A stretch of DNA of 64,000 bases, taken from assembly GCF_006345805.1 (NCBI RefSeq), contig NC_043000.1, positions 137,950,001-138,014,000 of the forward strand, read 5' to 3'. The notes under the pieces are model-generated. The model made no database searches. It was not told the DNA's origin and was given only the letters and a program-made list of their open reading frames with translations. Every line of letters starts with the position of its first letter. Within the stretch, counting starts at the first letter, position 1. The DNA is from Octopus sinensis. Lineage: Eukaryota. The position numbers were made by a program, and so were the translations under genes. This document shows positions 25,873 to 39,826 of this stretch, one piece after another.

Positions 25873-28800
25873 AGTTTACTATTTATGAATTAAATCTGTG
25901 AGCTTAAGGGAACAATTAAACGGAAAGTGGTATCTTCTCTACAAGAGTAATTTTTGCCCACAAAATAATATTTTTATCACACATACTTCTAAAATCGATT
26001 CGTGCACTCTGAAATCTTTCTCCCTCTCTCTTACTCTCTTTATAACAAACATATTGTAATTTAAACTGAAAATTATTCTGATATTAAATATAAATAACCA
26101 CAAACGTACTTTTACACGTGCTTGATGTAGATCTGTTGCTGGATAGATATGCAATCGGACAGCTCACGCGTGGCATCTATTCAAATGATAATGACATTTT
26201 CACGATAAAAGAAAGGGAATTTAGGCAAAATTTTTGAATGAAAAATAATATTCAATGGATCAATTATATTTCTATGACAGCACCTGAATATGAGTGATCA
26301 TTTATTATTTATTAACGCAATAATCAATTTCCAGTACACATGCATTAATTTTTCATTCGTTATCTTATTTGTAACGCACATTCATACACCAACGCAAACA
26401 CCATATATATTCTGCATGCGCTCGTGGTCACTTTCTATCCCTTTTGCTTTTCCTATAGATATGTATGCGAGAGTGTGTATCCCTGTCTGTGTATCTACTT
26501 CTCATTCCTCTAATTTTATTCTTTCTTCCTCCATATCACCGTGTTCATTTTTCCCCTTCTTCACTCCCTTCTTAGTTTAAAGTGCAATAATATTTCTCCC
26601 CCTTTTCTCGTTCCCTATCACAACATATTTCCGTTTTCCGTCTATCTTTTTTCTATAAGCTCGCACACTTAACTCCTCTCTTTTATAGATTCTCTGTCTC
26701 CTCTTCTCATTGTATTATGCTCTCTCATTCAGAGACTTTTTCTGCATTTTCACTGGCTATTACAACCTTTGATATCTACTAAGATTGAATATTTCTACTA
26801 ACAACCGTTTCGGTCTGTTGAAGATTTATTTTATGTTTTAGAATTCCATTCCGGTTATTTTTTGCCGTTGGTTCCTTTGTTCTTTTCATTTATTTTTTAT
26901 TTGTATTATTTTCCTCCAGAAATAACAAGATTAGTTCTGAGTGAGAAATGATAAATTCAAGATCTTTATCCAAAAAGCCAATAATTAGATTTGTCCTTCC
27001 TCAATGGGTGGCAATCAAAGCTAGACATATCTAGGCAATGAAGAGTGTTGGCTGCCACCATTTGTTTTTATCGTTCGACCAGTTGCCATAAACATGATCT
27101 TGCAGAGCTTAAACATCTATCAAAATTCACTATCGCTAATGCTGTGCAAGGAGTCGTCAATGATAATTCAATTTCATTCTACTTGATCATAATCTTAGAG
27201 CCAATTATCAGCATTACCCAGTCGAAAGCTTTACGGTTTGTTGTTTCTTCCTGTTATTGTTCTAAATTGAGAATTTTGCGGAAAGAAAAATTTATGATGG
27301 CAGATTCGTATATTGCTGTATATTGAACAACATTTTGTTGCTGTCTTTTGTCAAAATTTCGCGCTGGAATCGGTTATAAAGTAAAAGCTTATATCTAACT
27401 GACATCATCATTGAAGACAAATTACTTTTATTATAAAAAGAAACATTTACTTTGTAAAATAAATTAAATTGAAAATGAACGAGAATCCTTTAGAGAGTGA
27501 GCTGGCAATTTCGAAAGTGAGACATGATCCTATAAAGCAGAGAATGCTTCGTAAAAGTATTGATTAATGGAATCACATATGAAGAGTTACAATCTTGACT
27601 TCAGATATATTCGTGTTAGTTGTCTGTAACTAATATTTCAATGAAACATTGTCAGAAGAGAATACAAATGGATAGAAAGGTTTCAATTTCAAATTTACAC
27701 GAAATGTTTTTCATGTGTTCATGGTTGAAACATTGTAGCCTGTGTGATTCTTTCAGCAGAATAGTTATGGCATTACTCTCATATGTTGAAAAGTTGACGA
27801 AGAGACGATATCCAGCTGAAATGCCTGCTAACCCAATAAGGTGGCAAGCATGCAAATTATTTAAGCCCGTCAGTATGCAACCTAAGTCACATTTAATTTC
27901 AGTGTTGTTTTCGTCGAACCATTGCTGAAGCTTGTGTTGGCAGGATCAGAGTATTACAAGTGGTGCAGAATACGTAGCATCTGCAGGGACCTCTAACGTT
28001 CTGTAGCTTCTGAAATATTTACATTAGATCAATTTTTTTCTACTTAATTTGCGAGTGCAGGTTTACTATCTTCAAGTGTGATTGACTTGACAATTGCACA
28101 CCTAGGATCGTCCATGATTCTTGTTGTCTTATTAAAATTTTGAAAGATGTTCTGAGGCATTACAATGAGTTACGAAGCATTAGAATTGAATGAAGATGTG
28201 AAAACAATATTTTTTTATTCTTCTATCTCATAACAGAGTTATGAATAAAATCTCAAGACTTGGACAAAGCATGGGTTCAAGTTGTTTTATGGTTATTTGA
28301 TTACCACAGGAGTGTGTTTGTAGCAGTGATGAAGTTATTAGCAAAAGGAGAGCTGAACTGCCCATTTGTATTCATTTTGCCTACATTCTGCTTGCTAATT
28401 ATACCAAACCAAGATCAGAATTGGAACCTAGCCTAGTATTTTTAAAAAATCAAAAATATCTATATAATTAAAGCGCTTCGACACCCGAATTTATTCCTCT
28501 TGTTAGACGGTGATTATGTAGACCAGGATCATGATTAGATTTCAATTACTTTTGGTAAAATAACTGTAAATGAGAATATTATGTAATCAATCTTATACAT
28601 TCTCTTTCTATTGCGATAATTTTAGTAATTTTATTTCATGTTCCTCTTTAAATTTTAGATAACTGTCAGATAATTGCACCATCAGCAAAAAAGTTTCATG
28701 TGTAACGTCAATGATACGAGAGAGAAAAGAGAATGAAATCTTGATAATAGCAAACACCAAATTGTTAATATGAACATTCGTATCTCATCAGTATAGATTT

Positions 28801-31800
28801 GTTGATGTCGGTTGGCTCCAATGTCTGCTCTGGCAGACAATCGAATTTAATGCAGACATGTCAAATGAATACTCCATCGTTTTCTTGAATGTTGTATATC
28901 AAGACAACATAATCAAATTCTGAGCCCTTTAGCTGCTATTTCTAAGAGGTCCAGCGACCATATTGAGGCTTCCTAATTGACTCGGCCATTATGGAGAAGG
29001 CGGTAGCTATGTTATTTTTATAGATAATTAAAATAATACTTAAAATAGATATTCTATCGATGTTCCCTCCGCTGAGCATGAGTATCTTTGAACATGAAAA
29101 CGAGCATAATATTTACCATCTACATTGCATCAATTACAACCATTAGCGATATCACCATGAAGTAAAGTTCTTTTTAGTAGCAAACTTTGTCTAAATTGGC
29201 AACAAATTGCATATAGAAACTTGCTTAAATATGACTTACGAAGTATGACAAATAGTAATATAACTGACAAATTAGCCTTTGTATTTGTTTACCTTCCTTT
29301 CCATTTAAAATTCCACCCAGTTCAACTTTGTCTTTTCCTCTCTAGATCGATAAAGTATTGCCAGTCGATATTCTTTACTCTTTTGTAAGAGCAAAACCAG
29401 AGTCCAGTAAATTAAACCAATTAAATGAATACCAAATTACAGGAAGTCTACGTTTGGAAGAATTGATTGAGTACATCACTCAAACAGCAGTTGTTGTTAT
29501 AGGTCTCAGCAAGCAAAACAAGCCAGCGCTGCTTAATCACAATAATAATTACTTACAACTACGTATTATTGAGTCCGTCAACCATTCCCACAGCTTGCAG
29601 AAGCGACAATAAATTTATAAGTCTTCAGTTTTACTAACACTATAGTGACATGCTTTTCTTAGAAATCCAGCTACCCTGGATGCATTTATATCTTCCTAAT
29701 AGTTTTTAATCCTTTTACAAACCAGTATTATTTCTTGATCTCTTTGATCTATGTCGCGTATATAGCGATCCTGGATAAAGAAGTAAACATTAGAAGCAAG
29801 ACTAAGCTAATAAAAGTAAACGCATAAAAAGAACACCAATTTAAGATAGATTTGTGTTTGCACTTGTTATAAAGATCTGTTTTTGTTTTACATTTTATTT
29901 GTACAAAGAATAAGAAGCTGTTGCTTAGTAATAATCAAATGTATAAAACTGCTTGTCAGCTACCGACAAACGATTTTTAAAAGCAAAATCATAAATAAAA
30001 CAGTCTAGCAGAAAATTATTGATATGAACATGTATCTGTGTTATGATTTAGTCATTCACTTTGTACGATGGACTAACGCAAAATTGCCATAGTTTTAATG
30101 CTTGTCCAAACCAGGATGCGCCACCGTCAATGATGACAACAACGAAAGCTAAGACAAATTCAGTAATGGTTCCCATCATATGTAAAAACACATCTTTGTG
30201 TGCTGAATGTAACAGATGCTATTGAATCCGTTACTTTAATATTTATTTTATGGACTTCGGTATGATTCAATCTCAAAACATAGCGAACTATTACTAATGA
30301 ACGTAAATCCATATTGTCTGCCACTCTACTTTAAATGCGATTCGCCGTTCTAAATAAAGACAAAAATGCCTATTCTATAGATTGACAGTTCCGTTAGATG
30401 GTTTGACAAAGTGCTTTGCGATATGTCTTCTGACAATTAACAATCTGCTGTACATCTTCTGACAATTTACATTTAAATCCCGTCGTCGTCAACTTTACAT
30501 TTTATATTTTCAGATTCAATAAAATGAAGTATCAGTCAATGGTGTCGATGGTATCAGTTAATTCTCTTCCGTAAAAAATGCTGGTCGTGTACCTTATACA
30601 GTAATGTAGGGCAAAAATCATACATTCAACCAAAAGTACTCTGAATTAATTCCTTTTCCGTCTTGATTGATTTTGTGCTTTGTTGATTATGAGAATGTTA
30701 ACACAAATACCACGTACAATACTATGATATATTCGAATAAAAATAGTTGAACTCAGTCCTTCTGCATTTCCATGGTCAACTAAATGAAGCAAGTACAAGA
30801 ATAAAAGCCTACATACCATTTCTTAACTTCACTCGCCGTTTACACAAAATTAAAAACCCGTTTGTTTTTCTTATATGAAGCAGCTGAAAATCCATCAGAA
30901 CTCAATTAAGGCTTGAGTTAGTCGAGCTGGAAAATAGGCAACTTTTGCTTTTCACAAAACACCTCTCTTGTGTAGTAATTGTTATTGCAAAATTTGTAAA
31001 TTCCTGTGACATCTTGCATACATGTTGTAGCAAACCAATCATTTTTCTAAAGAATTCAGCTAAACTGAGCAAAATTAGCCGAAATTTGTCAAAAGTTAAA
31101 TTTGGAAAAATTTCCTGTTGTTTTAATGCTGATATTTAAACGCATAGTAAACCATTCTCGTACTTTTAGTCGAAAACTAAATCTTTGTTCCCGACGTTGA
31201 AAACTTTTGAGAAGAATATTCGAAAGAGACACTTTATCATTCTTTTGGGACTAACTTCGTTTGTTAATATTTTAGTATCTACAATCTTACAAAATCAAAA
31301 TATTCTTTCCACAGAAAGCATTAACCCAATTTCTCTGCATAACTCAGTTGTTCCACACAATAAAGAATAACGAAAATATATCAGATAAATGTATTAAATA
31401 AATGTTTGTGATCAAAGATACCGTTACGAAAGAGTACCACTCCATACTGTAAAAGATATTTCAGTCGGAACTTTCTCTTCACAGAATCAAAGGCTACTAC
31501 AATTCAATTGCTCTAACATTACTGCTATCAGCATTTGAGATTGGACTAAAGAGATATTTTGCCTCACTGATATGAAGCACTACAAGATCCTAAGCTCAAC
31601 TTGAATCTTCTACAATAATATTTTCCAAACTCTTTCGGTTAGCGATACACTTTTTAAACATATATAATTTAGCGACACACCATTTAAGATTCATTGCGAA
31701 CCTAACGTTGATTATTTTAATATGATCTATCATGGATATAATATACTGATGCATAAAGTAATTTTAATATCGGAAAATGTCGAGAAACCCTTTCATTTAT

Positions 31801-31949
31801 ATTTTATAAATATATAACTTGTAAGCAAAATAAAATATATTTTCAAGAGAAATGTGAGTTACCATTTATCCATAATAATCTATAAATATGTGTAAGGATT
31901 AATAAAAAATACTTTTTATAACTTACTATCTATTTCAGTGAGACACATC

Positions 31950-32292
31950 AGATTTTTGGGAAGAACAGGTTTTGGATATTAGGTGGAATAGTAGATAATG
32001 CATTTCACTATCAAACATTTTCAAGTTACCACGTTTCGATGTCTTTAAGTTTAACATTGCTAAAAAAGATGCTTCGCAAATGTATTCTCTTTTACTCTTT
32101 TACTTGTTTCAGTCCTTTGACTGCGGCCATGCTGGAGCACCGCCTTTAGTCGAGCAAATCGACCCCGGGACTTATTCTTTGTAAGCCCAGTACTTATTTT
32201 ATCTGTCTCTTTTGCCGAACCGCTAAGTGACGGGGACGTAAACACACCAGCATCGGTTGTCAAGCAATGCTAGGGGGATAAACACAGACACA

Positions 32293-32346
<54 letters not shown>

Positions 32347-33895
32347 CGACAGGCTTCTTTCAGTTGTAGTAGAAAACTACAAAATAATTCGTAAAGCTTT
32401 TTAAACTAAGTTTGGATGCTTCTTTGAAGCACGAATCCAAAAGTTCTGTAAGTTCCCCTCTTCATAAATCAATAACAGACACCGATTATTCTTGATTTCA
32501 GCTAGTTCTTCTTCGTTAAATGAAAAATTAATCGTTGCAGTTGCAAGAAATGAATTTCTGATTTAACCGTAGTTTGGGATTTCAATATTTGGAAAATAAT
32601 AATAAATTTTTTTTGCTCTAAGCAATGTTAAATGTTCAGCAATTAAAGAGCTGGTCTCACATTTTACCTCACACTCACAAGGTTTTGAAGACATTTCAAA
32701 ATTTCCTTCTTTCACTTTGTGTTTCTAAATTGTTAACTTGTCTCTCAAAACACAAATTTTATCAACCGATGTTAAGATATTTTCTGCTTTTCTCTGCATA
32801 CCTGTGTTAATTTTATTCTTGAATCAGATCGTGGAATACATTCTGTTGATTTTCTTCAAAACGTTTCGGCATCATTTCTCTCAATTCGTATACACGACAA
32901 AGCACACGAGCTTTTGAAAGCCAACGAACATCTGTGTGTAGTAGAAGTTACTTGAAATTTGCTCCCAATTTTTCACAAATAATCTTGATGTCATTGACCA
33001 TTTGAACCTCTTCGTTTATAACTCTTCGTAAATCGTCTTTAACAGTTTGCGCAATTGATGCTTTGCGATGCAAAGTTGTAAATCCTTTTACAGCACCAAC
33101 CATTGAGGGTGCGCATATTCATACACAGTTTAACCATAACAAATTATTTTCCTTCATGAAGGAACTTAAAGCTTGAAAATTGTCTTTATCTTTAGTTCTC
33201 AACGGAAATTCTAGACAAAACAATTGCTTAGTAATAATTCTGTCATCATGAATGAAATGTATAAAAACCATCAATTGTGCTAACCCAATGACACCTGTTG
33301 ATTCGCCCAGCTTCAATGCAAACATTATGTTATTATCTTGAAAATTATCACTCTTTTGAAACTTAATGCCATCAGATATATCTTGAATATATCTTCCAAT
33401 TGTGTGATCTGCTACAGGAATTTTATTAACTTCTGTCTCAAATTCGGGTCCAAACATTGTTCGAACAGTAGCATAGCAATATTCGTTTATAGTGCTTTCA
33501 GAAATACTATGGCGTTCTTTGTTTTTTGGCAATTATTTGAGCAACCAAGTAACTTGCCTGTTCAGCTTTGTCTGATATCTTCATTCTCTTTGTAAACGTG
33601 AAGCCTACTTTTTTAAAGCTTTTACAAGTTCACTGAAGTATTCCACTGGTTTTGCAGACAAATTTCCGTGCCTAGTGCTGAAATGAAGTTTTAATTTCTT
33701 TGGTACCATACTTTCGTTTGAAAGTATATTCCCTACAAACTAAACACAGGGGACTAGGGTTGCTTTCATTTCCAGAAAATGTAAAGCCCTGTTATATATA
33801 ATCTTTGTTGCATAAACGAGGCTTAAAATTTTTTTCCTCTGCCCTTCGCACTCACTGATGCAGGTCGTTCAACAGTTGCTTGAGTGGTTTCCATC
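31950..33895 (-). pseudogene. hAT transposase pseudogene interrupted by a SINE
   Basis: Colinear fragments including ORF-track 33119..33532; multiple stops and frameshifts. Confidence 0.85.
32085..32364 (-). mobile_element. 5'-truncated family-A SINE inside hAT transposase
   Basis: tactcttttacttgtttcagtc.tttgactgcggccatgctggagcacc...; splits the FSTT/CE motif. Confidence 0.88.
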
Positions 33896-34340
33896 GTATT
33901 TGTTAAATATTTTTCATTGGAAATGTCATCTGTAACTTTTCCTTTCTTAATTCAAAGCTTATCAATTCTATATGTAATATAATTACTATTTATGAATAAA
34001 ACTAAATTGATTTAAACAGTTATAACTAGAAATGTAATTAATATCACCGGCACGATAAAGTTAGAAATGGCACGTTGCACTTAACTAGAACATTCGGTTC
34101 TTAAGGCTAAGCACGCGAGACTGATGAAAAAGGAACAAGTGTGGTATGAGTGTAATGTGATTTCATAATTATTAGACCAATCTCAGTAATGCGTAATACC
34201 TGTATAGGTGAGCAATAACTTTAAACACTTTGAAAGCAGTTCCAGTGTGCTTCGTTCACTTAAACAGGTGCAAATTTGAAATTTTGTAATCAATTTCCTT
34301 CGGACAAGAGAATAGAGTTAGCAATGTGTTAATTCTTTTT

Positions 34341-34738
34341 AAGGCGGCGAGCTGGCAGAACCGTTAGCACGCCGGGCGAAATGCGTAATCCGTATTTCGT
34401 CGGCCGTTACGTTCTCAGTTCAAATTCCGCCGAGGTCGACTTTGCCTTTCATCCTTTCGGGATCGATAAATTAAGTACCAGTTACGCACTGGGGTCGATA
34501 TGATCGACTTAATCCGTTAGTCTGTCCTTGTTTGTCCCCTCTGTGTTTAGCCCCTTGTGGGTAGTAAAGAAATAGGTATTTCGTCTGCCGTTACATTCTG
34601 AGTTCAAATTCCGCCGAAGTCAACTTTGCCTTTCATCATTTCGGGGTCGATAAATTAAGTACCCCTTGCTTACTGTGGTTAATCTAATCGACTGTCCCCC
34701 TCACCCAAAATTTGGGCCTTGTGCCTAGATTAGAAAGG
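34341..34738 (+). mobile_element. Family-B SINE dimer inside hAT 5' region
   Basis: Two cores joined at aaagaaata|ggtatttcgtc; imperfect TSD aat(g/a)tg(t/c)taattctttt. Confidence 0.88.
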
Positions 34739-35366
34739 AATATGCTAATTCTTTTACACTGAAAAAAATCCAATGGAAATGAGCGTTATATAATGAGGAT
34801 TACTTGAGCCTTTTTTCCTTTTTTTAAATCTCGTCTCCAAACTTTAAATGGGAAACGATAGCCGATAGGTACATGCATTAACCTGTTCGATATGCTAACA
34901 AACAGATTCTGAAAAGCTAAAACAAATTTTATATATTGGTTTCCCATACGTTTGCGACACACCTACGCCCTGCTGGCGACACACCAAATTGTCGTGACAT
35001 AAAGTTTGAAAAACACTGTCCTACAGAAAGAATGATATCAACAGGGTGAGAAGATTTGACAAGGAAAAGAAAAGGCTAAAGATATTTAAAGAAAACCTAT
35101 GTCATGCTGTAGCACAAGTATGGCATGAGCTATATAACCAACAACTGCAATAAGAAATAAGTCAACCAAGTGCTCAAATCTGAAATAAATGACTCTTCAA
35201 GAAACATTCGATTTACTATTTTGTTAGATGCAACCCACAAACTGCTGAACGAACACAATGAGCAAAAGCACAAAGGAGAAATATTTTACCTGCATTGTAA
35301 GAAAGGGATATGCAAATGCATGTTTGCAGATACTTGAAAATGAGTCAATAGGACAGGCATTTTAAC

Positions 35367-35580
35367 AGTGCTTCATATCAGTGAGGTGAAGTATCTCTTT
35401 ATTCCAATCTCAAATGCTGATACCAATAATGTTAGAGCAATTTGGTGCACCAAAGATTTTCCTTGAATAAGATTGTGAAATACATTCTGTTGATTTTCTT
35501 CAAAACGTTTCAGCATCATTTCTCTCAATTCGTATACACGACAGAGCAGATGAGCTTTTGAAAGCCAACGAACATCTGGG
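35367..35580 (-). repeat. Chimeric fragment: hAT internal piece fused to inverted copy of left-flank DNA
   Basis: 35461-35578 resembles 32817-32936 (direct). 35367-35442 is the reverse complement of 31506-31581 (70/76 identical). Confidence 0.8.
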
Positions 35581-37079
35581 TTCACTGCTACGTTACCTCA
35601 AAATACTGAGGTTTTAATTTTGCAAGAGATAGCACTTAAACATAAAAATGCGATCTAAAATGCCGATCATCAGTATTAAATGAAGAATATCGGCATGAGG
35701 ATATCTGGTGTTGGGACAAAAGTCACAATGTAATCCTACAGAAATATCGTTGTGGCAAAATAATGTTGGTTAAAATAAAAAATGCAATCTTAAAGTAATA
35801 TCGTTATCTAATTTCCAAATTTGAAATTGTATCCTTACGTTAGAAGTCGTACCATTTTATGGAAGATTTCAAAGAATTAAAAATTCTAAAGATACTCAAG
35901 AATATGTTCAAAGCAATACCAAAATATCGAGAGAATTTCAGAAACAGACATAAATTGGAATACGTGAACTGCAATACTCTGTATTTATTGTAAATAACAA
36001 ACTATATGAACCTGGAACAGTTGGAGTTGTTCCCAGTAATTCTGTTAAAGTCTTCTACATGACCAGCACATTTTGCTACTTAACATGGATAGTGTAATTT
36101 CAGTACGCTCCACTTTCATAATGCTATGCTACATATATCTTTAAATGATTAAATTAACATCCATAACAACATACCGACTTTACGTTTGATTTTGGTTGCG
36201 ATAAATGATAAAAGTTTACTGAGTATCCGCTATCAAAATTTTGTGTTTGTCAAACTAATAACGAAAATCTTATCATTATCGTATATTATCCTCCATTATC
36301 TGCTAATTGAAACCTCTTTTTACGGATATATTTGGACTTCAACGATAAAAAATATCTTAATAGAATTAGATAAAACAAAAATATAATCTAAGTATTCAAT
36401 ATTGTGGAAAGAGATAGACGTTTCCATTTAAACAGTGGTATTTGATAACTTTAAAGACATACATTTTAGCCGTAATATTTTGATAATAAAATATCTGCTC
36501 CAATATTCACATTGCCATAGAGGAAACGGAAATGTATCGGAAGTGCGAAGACAAAGAAACGAAAGAAAAGAACATTCAGCTTTATAAGGCTTTATATATT
36601 TGCTCTTATAATTTTATATGCCAAATATTATTTCTTATAACGCCAAAAGACATTTTTTATACAGTTCCTCAACCTGCTAGAAATGAAAGCTTAATATCAT
36701 ATCTCTAAACTCTCAAAAAGGATAGGAGTCTCATACATGAAACATCTTTGATTATATAAGTTTTCTTCACCAGAGCTAACTTCATTTACTCAACAATCTA
36801 TGCTTTATATATGTATATTTATAGTTTCAGTATGCGCATGCGCATGTAATGCAAGCAGATAGCGAGAAAGTTAGAGAGAAAAAGAACAAGTAAGTGATGT
36901 ATATGTTTATAGAATTGTTTATATGCGTACTTATAAAATCATAACAAACGATATCAATTAGCCTTAGTTTCGATTGTCTACGAATATTTAATGACTTGTT
37001 AAACAATTGTATTTATATGTGCTATTCTAAAACTTCAATACACAAATATTTTGCACACCTTAATACTCACAGAATTGTT

Positions 37080-37720
37080 TTATTTGTCGGACATTTCTCC
37101 CTAGTGGTTTAGTGACAGCTGATTTAAAACCCAAAGGTTTAGGTTGAAGATTGATAAAGCGTAAAGATTGATTACCTGTAGGGAAATCAATTAACCGCAG
37201 ATTCTAGTTACAAAGGCAAGGAAGAGAAAAACAGTGGAGTGTTTGCTGAATCGCGGAGGACAAGAGAAAAACAGAAAAATAACCTAGTGTCATGTCACTT
37301 TTCATAGCTTAGAATTGTCTGAAAGACTTTTGTTTCAATGGTTTTACCTACGATGTATGGTGATTTAGAAAACGGTAAATATTCGACATCTAAATTATGA
37401 GCTCAATCTTTTGATAACATTGAGCTTCATATAATGAACCATTGTTTTTGGTTACATACCTTTGTCTCAACGAATTAGATATGTATGCCTAAAGCATCGG
37501 CAAATCTTAAGAAACTATTAAGGTGATGTGTTTGGAACTTGACGACTAAAAAATATACATACACATTAAAAGAATACCAGACAGGTTGGGTATTGGGACT
37601 AATACAGTATCTTAGGGGTAAAATGGAAGATATGTTTTTGAAAGTAAGAAGGGTAAGTGAGCATGAGAGATGGTTTAAGGAATGGTACCAGTAATATATT
37701 CGGTTGAGTTAATAGTATAT
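37080..37720 (-). mobile_element. Degraded CR1-like LINE fragments
   Basis: Minus frames resemble the CR1 3' end (FP..NQSL..FK.AV.K) and linker (IP...PN..P.W); heavily decayed. Confidence 0.35.
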
Positions 37721-38281
37721 ATCACAACTGTCCTACGAACGGAAACATGAAACTGTGAATAACGGTTCTGTGATAATTTTGCAGCTTTAATAAAAAGTAT
37801 ATTACTCTACTTTTTGTACTCGAGTACTATTTTTCATCATTGATTTTGTACTTATGTGCTCACCTGTGTGTGTGTATGTATGTATACATGTATATATGCT
37901 TTTGTCTTTACCTCATATGATAGAACTCATCAAGACGAATATCGTGGTGCTAATCTTTTCAAAGCATATCATTCACACACGGTAATCTGTGAATAAGAGT
38001 TTCTGAATATAAGCCCATTGGCTTAAAAACGGATGGTTTATTTTTGGGAAAACCCAGTAATATGCTTTTATAGTTTTTGTAGTAATGAAATATAGTGAAT
38101 TTTAAAAATGTTATTCTCGGCTGTAATATTTCAAGCACAGTAGAACGTTACTTTTACATACTTCTTAGTTTCCTTTGGAGCTGAGGAATTAGGCAAATTC
38201 TACTGTAGAAATCTTGTTCTGTACTTTTCCAGGTGTAATAACTTAAGAATAGTAACATGCATGCGCCCGCATATTTCATTG

Positions 38282-38328
<47 letters not shown>

Positions 38329-38707
38329 AACATGTATACATATATATAGGATGATTTATTATCTGTTTCATAGACATCAGCACGCATCAGCAAATAATTT
38401 GCAGATTTCTATGAACAGAATTCGCAATTCTTGTTTAAATTTATTGATCCGGAGGAAACCCTGGCTGAAGACATACAACCAGATCAAAACACCGTGGTGT
38501 CTTAAATCTCCCTTACCTAAAGGAATCGAGAGTATTGTGAAGTCAAATCGTTTGAAAGGAGAATTTGCATCTCTGAAAACAAAAGGTAGCAACGATACTA
38601 TATTCCCGCTCAAATATATGAGAATGTATTAAGAACGAATATTACGTCACTGCTTTGATTCTCACTTTTCTCCGTGCATATAATGAATTAATATATATCT
38701 ATATCTA

Positions 38708-38744
<37 letters not shown>

Positions 38745-39790
38745 ACATCGATGTCTGTCGCTCTGTAAAGAGACTTGGTGTGAGTTGTCTCACTTCAGGT
38801 GCTTTTAACACCAGGCAGATTAGAAATGTATTCTCTTTCTCCAAACACGCAGTCAACCCACGAACTAAGAACACACACACACACCTTGTGTACATGTGTT
38901 CGATTTCCTTTATATACCTCAGGCTACTTCTAATTAATACTTGAATTTTTTGCATGGCATGAAAACTTTGGAATATGCCAGCAGATGGCTTTTAAACCAT
39001 TTAGTATGTATTCATAGACGGCGATATAAGCCTTGTTCGGTACGTGGCATTGAAATGTCAGATGAACATAGACGCTTCATCTGAACACAGATGAAGCACG
39101 CATGAACAAAGAAAATATTTTCATACAAAAGTACAAACCAAAACTTAACAAACATTAACAGAGTACATACACAAATAACTATTCACACACAAAACACATT
39201 CTGGCACTTATCATGAAGAACCTACACAGATATTAATCTTAAATTTAGCCACTGGACTACATACAAGCTACTCTTTTGCACTATTCCGCCCAACAGATTA
39301 AATTTGGAGTGCCTCGAGTATAACCAAACATGTTCACTCAACAGAGTCGGCCTTCGTTTTAGGCGCAAAATATACTGTCATGTGACACTAATGCACGAAC
39401 AAAGCGGGTAGCGTACAAAACTTAATCATGTGTTCCTTCTCTACATACACTTGACAGAAAACATTCAGAGCGTTGATTTTTTGGACATGTTCAGCCATCC
39501 ATGTTAGCCTTAACTTACGACACCAAACATTGTCGCTTGATACTAACACATAGACGTAGTGGGGAACCTACAAAATTCTTTTTAAGACTAGTCATGTGAC
39601 TGACTATCCTCTACCAATCAAATCCTATTCAAAAGGTATACTAATTTGAGCCATGAACTCCCAATAAAAATAGAGCAACCTTCAAACACTAGTCAGAAGC
39701 AAGATAACTGCAACATAAACTTCGTCTTTCTATTTGAACTTTTTGAAAATCAGTGTAAACTGTGAAACCGGTTAAAGTTCTAAACATATT

Positions 39791-39826
<36 letters not shown>

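Larger units (their letters stand above)
31616..35018 (-). mobile_element. hAT (Buster/Charlie, ZBED8-like) DNA transposon relic
   Basis: TIRs taatattttccaaact (31616-31631) and agtttgaaaaacactg (35003-35018). 8-bp TSD ttcTAcaa / tccTAcag (nnnTAnnn). Transposase motifs: BED finger (PLCLVC...LSNESMVPKKLKLHFSTRH), FALKLGEST, DVRWLSK, FSTT..CE.SF. Confidence 0.9.

Noticed and set aside
35840-36080. LRR-like motif LKILKILKNMF (+); a similar one near 3160
   Set aside because: A loose LxxLxLxxNxL pattern is expected many times by chance in six frames of AT-rich DNA, and there is no sustained periodic array.
39074-39097. 10-bp perfect hairpin gcttcatctg-aaca-cagatgaagc
   Set aside because: No downstream CTRR or other Helitron or terminator context; an isolated short stem.
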